NCBI GenBank assembly: GCA_963778655.1 | Contig: CAVZVA010000005.1 | Span: forward strand, 128,001 to 192,000 | Origin: an uncultured delta proteobacterium | GTDB lineage: Bacteria; Myxococcota_A; Polyangia; Polyangiales; JAFGIB01 | Direction: 5' to 3' | Length of the DNA stretch: 64,000 bases | In this document: piece by piece, positions 27,602 through 36,817 of the stretch | Numbering within the stretch: position 1 is the first letter of the stretch | Layout: the number at the start of each line of letters is the position of its first letter | The notes under the pieces: model-generated | Database searches by the model: none | Told to the model about the DNA's origin: nothing | What the model saw: only the letters and a program-made list of their open reading frames with translations | Translations under genes and position numbers: made by a program

Positions 27602-28480
27602 GTGCCCGCGACCAAACAGCCCGCGGCCACCGACAGCGCCACGCTGCTGGTGTCGTGCCCCGATCGCAAGGGGCTGGTGGCCGCGCTCGGCCAGCTGCTC
27701 TACGGCCACGGTGTCAACATCGTCGACGCGATCCAGCACAGCGACCTCAGGGCCGGCCAGTTCTTCCAGCGCATTCGCATGGACCTACGCGAGCTGCACA
27801 CCGATCGGCTGGCGCTGCGAGGCGCGATTGCCGAGGTGGCGCAGCGCTTCTCGATGCGCTTTCGGCTGAGCTTCGGCGACCGCGTGCCGCGGGTTGCGAT
27901 CCTGGTCGGCAAGCAGGACCACTGCCTGCAAGACCTGCTGTGGCGCCACCGCGCCGGCGAGCTGCGCTGCGAGCTGGCGTTGATCGCGAGCAACCACGAC
28001 ACCCTGGCCGAGCTGGCGGAGCGCTACGGCGTCCCGTTTCACCTCTGCCCCATCAGCGCCGGGGACAAGGCCGCCCAGGAGCAGCGGATCGAGGAGCTGC
28101 TCCAACGGGAGCAAGTCGACTCGGTCGTGCTCGCGCGCTACATGCAGGTGCTCAGCGCCGGGTTCTGCGAGCACTGGGCCGAGCGCGTCATCAACATCCA
28201 CCACTCCTTCTTGCCTGCGTTCATGGGCGGCAAGCCCTACCACCAGGCGTACGCCCGCGGGGTCAAGATCATCGGCGCGACCGCGCACTACGCCACCGCC
28301 GACCTCGATCAGGGCCCGATCATCGAGCAGGACGTGGTCCGGGTCTCGCACCGCGATACCGTCGACGACATGGTGCGCAGGGGCCGCGACCTCGAGCGCG
28401 TGGTGCTCGCGCGCGCGGTGCGACTGCACCTGGAGGATCGCGTGCTGGTGCACGGCAACAAGACGGTCGTGTTCGAATAG
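27602..28480 (+). CDS. purU: Formyltetrahydrofolate deformylase
   Basis: ACT domain SCPDRKGLVA, plus LARYMQVLS, INIHHSFLPAF, GATAHY and DLDQGPIIEQ. Confidence 0.96.
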   Translation: MPATKQPAATDSATLLVSCPDRKGLVAALGQLLYGHGVNIVDAIQHSDLRAGQFFQRIRMDLRELHTDRLALRGAIAEVAQRFSMRFRLSFGDRVPRVAILVGKQDHCLQDLLWRHRAGELRCELALIASNHDTLAELAERYGVPFHLCPISAGDKAAQEQRIEELLQREQVDSVVLARYMQVLSAGFCEHWAERVINIHHSFLPAFMGGKPYHQAYARGVKIIGATAHYATADLDQGPIIEQDVVRVSHRDTVDDMVRRGRDLERVVLARAVRLHLEDRVLVHGNKTVVFE

Positions 28481-28530
28481 AGACGGCACGCTCCCCGGAC
28501 GTGTCCGCGCGGGCCATGAGCAATTTTCGA

Positions 28531-28604
28531 ATTCAACAGGAAGAGAGGAAGGCGGGAAGAAGACCATGGGTGCGCGCTTCCCGTCGTCGCGTCTTGCTGT
28601 GAAT
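28531..28604. repeat. 9-nt-periodic palindromic intergenic repeat, copy 3
   Basis: attcaacaggaagagaggaaggcgggaag ... cttcccgtcgtcgcgtcttgctgtgaat. Confidence 0.85.
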
Positions 28605-28633
28605 CTGCTCGATCTGGACGGGCGACGATCAGG

Positions 28634-31213
28634 ATGAGCACGGGCGACCTACAGCAGGCGAGCGGGGAGGGCGGCCAGCCCGGGGCGGGCTCACTGTGGA
28701 CCAGGCTGCCGCCCGGCGGGGGTGACGCCGACGCCCTGCTCGACGCCTTCTTGGGCTGGGTGGGCGCGCGCGGGCTGGAGCTGTACCCGGCGCAGGAGGA
28801 GGCGATCCTCGAGCTGCTCTCCGAGCGACACGTGGTGCTCGCCACCCCGACCGGATCGGGCAAATCGCTGGTGGCCACCGCACTGCTGTTCCGCGCGCTG
28901 GCGAGCGGCGGGCGCGCCTTCTACACCTGCCCGATCAAGGCGCTGGTCAGCGAGAAGTTCTTCGAGCTGTGCCAGGCATTCGGGCCCGAACGCGTGGGCA
29001 TGCTCACCGGTGATGCCAGCATCAATCGCGACGCCCCGCTGATCTGCTGCACCGCCGAGATCCTTTCCAATCTCGCGCTGCGCGAGGGCGGCGCCGCCGG
29101 CGTGCGTTTCGCGGTGATGGACGAGTTCCACTTCTACGCCGACCCCGAGCGCGGCCTGGCCTGGCAGGTGCCGCTGCTGGCGCTGCCCGACACCCAATTC
29201 CTGCTGATGAGCGCCACGCTCGGCGACATGAGCGCGATCAGCGAGAGCCTGCGGCGCCTGAGCGCGCGCGAGGTCAGCGTGGTGCGCTCGGCCGAGCGCC
29301 CGGTGCCGCTCGACTACAGCTACCGCGAGCTGCCGCTGACCCAGAGCATCGCTTCGCTGGTGGAGGAGGACAAGGCGCCGATTTACGTGGTGAGCTTCAC
29401 GCAAAGGGAGTGCGCGGAGCTGGCGCAGGCGCTCACCAGCCTGAGCTTGATGCCCCGCGAGCGGCGCCAGGAGCTCGGCGCCGCGATTTCGGGCTTCCGC
29501 TTCGACAGCCCCTTCGGCAAGGACCTGCGGCGCTGCCTGGGCCACGGCATCGGGCTGCACCACGCCGGCTTGCTGCCCAAGTACCGGCGGCTGGTGGAGC
29601 GGCTGGCCCAGGCCGGCAAGCTGGCGGTGATCTGCGGCACCGACACGCTCGGCGTCGGCATCAATGTGCCGATTCGCAGCGTGCTGTTCACCAAGCTGTG
29701 CAAGTTCGACGGCACGCAGACGCGCCGGCTCTCGGTGCGCGAGCTGCAGCAGATTGCCGGCCGCGCCGGCCGCCGCGGCTACGACCAGCGCGGCAGCGTG
29801 GTGTGCCAGGCGCCCGAGCACGTGATCGAGAACAAGCTGCTCGAGGGCAAGGTGGGCGGCGACGCCAAGAAGAAGCGCAAGCTGACCTACAAGAAGCCGC
29901 CCGAGCGCGGCTACGTGCACTGGGACGAGGCGGTGTTCATGAAGCTGGTGCAGGGCGTGCCCGAGCCGCTCGCCAGCCAGTTCCGCGTCGATCACGGCAT
30001 GCTGCTCGAGTTGCTCGAGCGCCCGCCCGAGGTCGCGCCGCGCGGCTACCGCGCGCTGGTGCGGCTGATCGCGGAGTGTCACGAGCGCGACGCGATCAAG
30101 GCGCGGCTGCGCGCGCGCAGCAAGCAGTTGTTCAAGGCCCTGCGTCAGGCCGAGGTCGTGCACCTGCGGCTGCGGCCGAGCCGGCGCAGCTCGGAGGCAG
30201 TGATCAGCGAGGACCTGCAGCGTGACTTCTCGCTGCACCACTCGCTCTCGCTGTACCTGGTGGAAGCGCTGCACGTGCTCGATCCCGAGGCGCCCGGCTA
30301 CGCGCTCGACGTGCTCAGCTTCGTGGAAGCGATCCTGGAGAACCCGGCGGTGGTGCTCCAGGCGCAGGCCAAGAAGGCGCGCGACGAGGTCTTCCAGCGG
30401 CTCAAGGCCGATGGCGTCGAGTACGAGCAGCGCATGGCCGAGCTCGACAAGGTCAGCTATCCGAAGCCCAACGCCGAGCTGATCTACGGCACCTTCGACG
30501 CCTACGCTGGCCACCACCCGTGGCTCGAGAGCGACAACATCCGCCCCAAGTCGATCGCCCGCGACATGGTGGAGCGCTACCTCTCGTTCACCGACTACGT
30601 CAAGGAATACGGCTTGAGCCGCGCCGAGGGCGTGCTGCTGCGCTACCTGAGCGAGGCGTACAAGACGCTGCTGCAGAGCGTGCCCGACCCGTGCTGGAAC
30701 GACGAGCTGATCGATCTGGCCGCGTTCCTGCGCTCCACGCTGCAGCGGGTCGACTCCAGCCTGGTCGAGGAGTGGGAGCGCATGCTCTCGCCCCAGCCGC
30801 AAGAGCCGGCCGAGGACGTCCGGCGCGTGCACGCGCTCGCGCACGATCCGCGCATGCTCGGCTCGCGCATCCGCTCCGAAATGCACATGCTGGTCAAGGC
30901 GCTTGCGGCGCGTGACTACGAGCAGGCGGCGGCCTGCGTGCGCGCGGACGCGCCCGAGCGGTTCACGGCCGAGCGCTTCGAGCAGGCGATGGAGCCTTTC
31001 TTCGCCGCTCACCCGAGCCTGGTCGCGGACGCGCGGGCGCGCCAGAGCCAGTGGACGATCGTCGAGCCGCTGCAGCCGCGGCTGTGGCGCGTGCGGCAGG
31101 TACTGCTCGACCCGGAGCAGGACAACGACTTCTACCTCGAGGCGCGAGTCGACCTGCGGGGCCCGAGCGAGCCCGAGGGCCCGCTGGTGGAGCTGCTCGA
31201 CGTCGCGCGCTGA
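28634..31213 (+). CDS. Ski2-like DEAD/DEAH-box helicase with DUF3516-type C-terminus
   Basis: PTGSGKS, PIKAL, MDEFH, MSAT, HHAGLLP and QIAGRAGRRG motifs, plus C-terminal SEGVLLRYL-like and VDSSLVEEWE. Confidence 0.9.
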   Translation: MSTGDLQQASGEGGQPGAGSLWTRLPPGGGDADALLDAFLGWVGARGLELYPAQEEAILELLSERHVVLATPTGSGKSLVATALLFRALASGGRAFYTCPIKALVSEKFFELCQAFGPERVGMLTGDASINRDAPLICCTAEILSNLALREGGAAGVRFAVMDEFHFYADPERGLAWQVPLLALPDTQFLLMSATLGDMSAISESLRRLSAREVSVVRSAERPVPLDYSYRELPLTQSIASLVEEDKAPIYVVSFTQRECAELAQALTSLSLMPRERRQELGAAISGFRFDSPFGKDLRRCLGHGIGLHHAGLLPKYRRLVERLAQAGKLAVICGTDTLGVGINVPIRSVLFTKLCKFDGTQTRRLSVRELQQIAGRAGRRGYDQRGSVVCQAPEHVIENKLLEGKVGGDAKKKRKLTYKKPPERGYVHWDEAVFMKLVQGVPEPLASQFRVDHGMLLELLERPPEVAPRGYRALVRLIAECHERDAIKARLRARSKQLFKALRQAEVVHLRLRPSRRSSEAVISEDLQRDFSLHHSLSLYLVEALHVLDPEAPGYALDVLSFVEAILENPAVVLQAQAKKARDEVFQRLKADGVEYEQRMAELDKVSYPKPNAELIYGTFDAYAGHHPWLESDNIRPKSIARDMVERYLSFTDYVKEYGLSRAEGVLLRYLSEAYKTLLQSVPDPCWNDELIDLAAFLRSTLQRVDSSLVEEWERMLSPQPQEPAEDVRRVHALAHDPRMLGSRIRSEMHMLVKALAARDYEQAAACVRADAPERFTAERFEQAMEPFFAAHPSLVADARARQSQWTIVEPLQPRLWRVRQVLLDPEQDNDFYLEARVDLRGPSEPEGPLVELLDVAR

Positions 31214-31240
31214 GCACCTGGGGTGAGGTTGACCTTCGGA

Positions 31241-31331
31241 TCACAGGAAGGCGGCAGAGACGGGAGCTTCCTTGCGCGAGACGGCCGGAATGCCGGCCCT
31301 CGAATCTTCCCGCCTTCCCGGCTTCCTGTTT
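31241..31331. repeat. 9-nt-periodic palindromic intergenic repeat, copy 4 (inverted)
   Basis: tcacaggaaggcggcagagacgggag ... tcttcccgccttcccggcttcctgtt. Confidence 0.8.
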
Positions 31332-31416
31332 CTTGTCCTCGGCCACTCGGCTTTTGACGCGCGGGCTCGAAATGCGCTACCAATTGGCGTGCGGCTGAAG
31401 AGCCCGCGGAGGACCC

Positions 31417-31680
31417 ATGGCGCTGATCGAAACCGAGGAAGCGGCACGGCGCTTGGCCCGCGCGATCGCCAGCGATCTCTCGCTTTACAACGAAGAGAAG
31501 GTGGTCGAGGGCATCACCAACGACAGCCTCTACGAGGTGATGGCCGAGGAGCTGGAGGAGGGCCGCGCCCTGTTCCAGAGCCGCGTGACGCCCGAGCTTT
31601 ACGCCAAGAACTTCTACGACCGAGCGGTCGTGGACATCCTGATCCGTTCCAAGGCCCACATCGACTCGAAGATGTGGTAG
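31417..31680 (+). CDS. Small helical hypothetical protein (ARRLARAIASDLSLYN motif)
   Basis: GGAGG RBS, genome-like codon usage, 87 aa, directly upstream of the RluD-like gene. Confidence 0.85.
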   Translation: MALIETEEAARRLARAIASDLSLYNEEKVVEGITNDSLYEVMAEELEEGRALFQSRVTPELYAKNFYDRAVVDILIRSKAHIDSKMW

Positions 31681-31702
31681 CCGCGGCGGGGCGGCGCGGC
31701 TG

Positions 31703-32656
31703 GTGAGCCATTCGCGCGCCGCGCCCGAGCCGCCGCCGCTCGAGCTGGTGATCGCCGAGCAGGAGGCGGGCGAGCGGCTCGACCGCGTGCTGAGCGCGCG
31801 GGCGCTGGGCTTTTCGCGCTCCGCGCTGCAAGGCTTCATCGCCGAGGGCCGGGTCGAGGCGGATGGCCGGGTGGTGCGCGCGAGCGCGCGCCTGCGTGCC
31901 GGCGCGCGCGTGGTGGTGCGGCCCGCGCCGCCGCCGCCCTCCGCTGCCGAACCTCAGGATCTGCCGCTGCAGATCCTGTTCCAGGACGCGCAGCTCGCCG
32001 TGGTGATGAAGCCTGCCGGGCTGGTGGTCCATCCCGCGCCCGGCCACTGGGACGGCACGCTGGTCAATGCCTTGCGCTTCCACCTCGACGTGCGCGCCGG
32101 CGATCCCGAGCGGCCCGGCATCGTGCATCGCCTCGATCGCGACACCAGCGGCGTGATGGTGGTGGCCAAGACCGAGCTGGCGCGCGAGCGCCTGATCGCG
32201 CAATTCGCGCGCCACGACATCGAGCGCGAGTACCTCGCGATCGCGCTCGGGGCCCCGCCCGCGCGGCTGCGCATCGAGACCCTGCACGGCCGCCATCCAA
32301 CCGACCGCAAGCGCTTCAGCTCGCGGGTCGAGCGCGGCAAGCGCGCGCTCACCGAGGTCGAGCTGCTGGAGCGCTTGGAGGGGGCCAGCCTGCTGCGCTG
32401 CACGTTGCGGACCGGGCGCACGCACCAGATCCGCGTGCACCTGTCCGAGCACGGCTATCCGCTGCTGGCCGATGCGGTGTACGGCCGGCGCAGCGGGGAG
32501 CCGCGGCTACGCGCCGCAGCCGAGGCGATCGGCCGCCAGGCCCTGCACGCACGCCTGCTCGGCTTCGCCCACCCGCAGAGCGGGGCGCAGCTGCGCTTCA
32601 GCGCGGAGCCGCCCGAGGACTTCCAGCGCGCCCTGGCGCTGCTTCGCGCGCGCTGA
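31703..32656 (+). CDS. rluD: RluD-like pseudouridine synthase (S4 domain plus catalytic domain)
   Basis: GERLDR, KPAGLVVHP, RPGIVHRLDRDTSG, TGRTHQIRVH and RQALHA motifs. Confidence 0.88.
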   Translation: MSHSRAAPEPPPLELVIAEQEAGERLDRVLSARALGFSRSALQGFIAEGRVEADGRVVRASARLRAGARVVVRPAPPPPSAAEPQDLPLQILFQDAQLAVVMKPAGLVVHPAPGHWDGTLVNALRFHLDVRAGDPERPGIVHRLDRDTSGVMVVAKTELARERLIAQFARHDIEREYLAIALGAPPARLRIETLHGRHPTDRKRFSSRVERGKRALTEVELLERLEGASLLRCTLRTGRTHQIRVHLSEHGYPLLADAVYGRRSGEPRLRAAAEAIGRQALHARLLGFAHPQSGAQLRFSAEPPEDFQRALALLRAR

Positions 32657-32719
32657 AGCTATGAACGCGATCGACGGCACAGTACGCTCGCGCGCGTGCG
32701 GAACGCCGACTCGGCCGCG

Positions 32720-34426
<1,707 letters not shown>

Positions 34427-34642
34427 CCAGGCGCTTTCAAGTCCGCAGCGAAGCGGAGGATCAGGGGCTGTGGGTGAGGCTGCTACATCCCCGGCGAAGC
34501 GGCGCGTAAGCGGATGCGTAGGGAGGACCAACTGCGCTGAAATTTGCGATCTTGCCAGCCCAGGCGCGACAGAGTAAGGAGCCTGAAGCTGGGATGGGTC
34601 TCTTATCGGGGGCCAGGCCGGCGGTAGCGGGCGGAGGGTTCG

Positions 34643-35512
34643 ATGCGCAGGTGGATGGGCAAGGTGGTGGTTTCCTGTGCCGTGCTCGTGGCGGCGGGCT
34701 GCGGGGTGCGCAGCGTGGTCTCGCCAGAGGCAGACACCACCCCCGGTGGGTCGCTCGCGGATGCCGGCGCGAACCGAGCCTGCGGGTTTGGGCCGCCCTG
34801 TAATCCGGTGGACCTCGGTGGCCTCGCCTGCGAGTCGCTTGGTCTGACCAGCGGTCGGCTCGTCTGCAACCCGACCACTTGCGACTTCGACATCTCGCAG
34901 TGCCTCGGCGGTCCAGGCGCCGGGACTGGTGTCGGAACCACGCCGATAGGGACCGGCGTGTCCGGGATGGTCGGCGCCGGTGCGGGCAATGGCACTGGGG
35001 TTCCAGGCTTCTTCGGGACTGGCACAGCGGGCGGCGGCACAGCGGGCGGCGGCACAGCGGGCGGCGGGTTGTTCGGCACCGGGTTCTTCGGCGGCGGCAC
35101 CGCGGGTGGCGGCATGGCCGGTGGCGGCATGGCCGGTGGCGGCGCGAACGCCGGCGGGTTCTTCGGCGGCGGGATGGCCGGCGGCGGCGCGAATGCGGGC
35201 GGGTTCTTCGGCGGCGGGATGGCCGGCGGGATGGCCGGCGGCGGGATGGCCGGTGGCGGCGCGAACGCAGGTGGATTCTTTGGTGGCGGCGCGAACGCCG
35301 GCGGGGGATTCTTCGGCGGCGGTGCCAATGCAGGCGGCGGATTCTTCGGCGGCGGATTCTTCGGTGGCGGCGCGAATGCGGGCGGCGGCAACGCCGGTAG
35401 CGGCGGCGGCTCGGGCAGCGGCGGCTCGGGCGGCAGCGGCGGCTCGGGCGGCTCGGGCGGCTCGGGCGGCAGCGGCGGTAGCGGCGGCTCGGGCGGCAGC
35501 GCCGGCCATTGA
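34643..35512 (+). CDS. Gly-rich low-complexity lipoprotein with GFFG repeats
   Basis: GGAGG RBS, lipobox AAGC, a Cys module DLGGLACESLG...CDFDISQC, then GGGANAGGFF repeats and a (GGS)n tail. Confidence 0.75.
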   Translation: MRRWMGKVVVSCAVLVAAGCGVRSVVSPEADTTPGGSLADAGANRACGFGPPCNPVDLGGLACESLGLTSGRLVCNPTTCDFDISQCLGGPGAGTGVGTTPIGTGVSGMVGAGAGNGTGVPGFFGTGTAGGGTAGGGTAGGGLFGTGFFGGGTAGGGMAGGGMAGGGANAGGFFGGGMAGGGANAGGFFGGGMAGGMAGGGMAGGGANAGGFFGGGANAGGGFFGGGANAGGGFFGGGFFGGGANAGGGNAGSGGGSGSGGSGGSGGSGGSGGSGGSGGSGGSGGSAGH

Positions 35513-35984
35513 TCGAGCCACGAGCACGCAGCGCGCCGCGCCGGCTGCAGCGCGTGGCGTCCGTGCCCTAACCTGCGTGCTGCTGCTGACCGGGCTGGCC
35601 GCCTGCCAGCGCAAGCTGCACGACCTGTCCACGCAGCAGCTGTCAACCGTGGTCGTGCGCGAGCAGCCGACGCTCAAGCACTGCTACGACGAGGCCCTGG
35701 TCACGCATCCGTACAAGCAGGAGATGCGGCTGGAGGCGCAGATCCACATCGCGCCGAGTGGCAAGGTGACCGGGGTCGAGCTGCACGGCGGTGGCGGGCT
35801 GCCGGGCATGGGTGCGTGCCTTCGCTACGCGATCACGCGCTGGCGCTTTCCGCAAGCGCCCGACCCGACCGACACCAGCCTGCCTCTGGTCTTTCACCCC
35901 GAGGTCAAGCCCCCGCAGCCCAACCTCGACACCTTGCGCCAGGCGTTCGAGGCGGTCGGCGCGCAGCCGGCCAAGCACCCGTGA
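35508..35984 (+). CDS. AgmX/PglI C-terminal (TonB-C-like) domain lipoprotein; start uncertain
   Basis: Lipobox LAAC; LKHCYDEAL...IAPSGKV...CL...WRFP. No ATG in frame; candidates are ATT at 35508 or GTG at 35577. Confidence 0.7.
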   Translation: MDRATSTQRAAPAAARGVRALTCVLLLTGLAACQRKLHDLSTQQLSTVVVREQPTLKHCYDEALVTHPYKQEMRLEAQIHIAPSGKVTGVELHGGGGLPGMGACLRYAITRWRFPQAPDPTDTSLPLVFHPEVKPPQPNLDTLRQAFEAVGAQPAKHP

Positions 35985-35991
35985 GCGGCGG

Positions 35992-36720
35992 CTACTCCGG
36001 GTCCTCGATCTTCCAGACGTCGCCCTCGCGCAGGAACTGGACGCGGCGCTGGTCGCCGTAGGGCATGGTGGCATGGCTGCCGATCACCTCGATCGGATCG
36101 TCGACGTGATCGCGCAGGGCCGCCAGCATGCGCTCGACCTGCTCGCGTTGCTCCCCGGACCACGCCTGGTCCATCCGATCGGTGGTGATACCCTCCTGAT
36201 CCGCGCTCGGGATCAAACGCAGCACCACGTCATAGCGCTTACGTTCCATGGCCCGCACAAACGAGCGTAGCGCCGCGCGCGGCGTCGACTGATCGTAGAA
36301 GTTCACCACGTCGGTGGTGATCAGCCAGCGATCGCCGCTGCGCCGCAGATGCAGTTTCTGGTCGTCGTCGTAGACCAGCACCGCCTCCTCGTCGGCCCGC
36401 GTGCGAACGCGACCCAGACTGTTGCTGATCTCCAGGGTTTCCTGCTGATTGGCGCTGAGCTGCTGCTTGAACTGGTCGAGGCTGACGCGCGCGCGGTAAT
36501 CCGCAGACATCAGCCCATAGGCCTCCTCGAACTTGGCCTGGTTGAGGGCGCGGGAGAACGCCATCACCGTGGCCTCCGGCGTCGAGGGGGAAGGGGTGTG
36601 CGCTACGCACCCGGTGCCCAGCCAAACGCACAGCAACAGACCCGCGCAGGCGCGGCACGCGCCTGCAGCGGTGGGTCGAGCAGCGCCACGCGGCGATTTC
36701 GCGGGCCAGCCGTCGCTCAT
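35992..36720 (-). CDS. Hypothetical lipoprotein with two NTF2-like repeats
   Basis: LGTGC lipobox-like site; two repeats STPEAT...AYGLMS and STPRAA...VLRLIP, each ending in W-x-I. Confidence 0.75.
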   Translation of the reverse strand: MSDGWPAKSPRGAARPTAAGACRACAGLLLCVWLGTGCVAHTPSPSTPEATVMAFSRALNQAKFEEAYGLMSADYRARVSLDQFKQQLSANQQETLEISNSLGRVRTRADEEAVLVYDDDQKLHLRRSGDRWLITTDVVNFYDQSTPRAALRSFVRAMERKRYDVVLRLIPSADQEGITTDRMDQAWSGEQREQVERMLAALRDHVDDPIEVIGSHATMPYGDQRRVQFLREGDVWKIEDPE

Positions 36721-36817
36721 CGCCTCACCTTCTATGCAGCCGTGCGCTCGCGGTCAACCGAGACCGGATCATAATTTCACAAACGGCCGGGCGAGCTTAC
36801 TATGCAGACGTATAGCC

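Noticed and set aside
34603..35646. Pro-rich minus-strand ORF (PPPKNPP repeats)
   Set aside because: It is antisense to the Gly-rich gene, which has an RBS and lipobox and matches the orientation of its neighbours.
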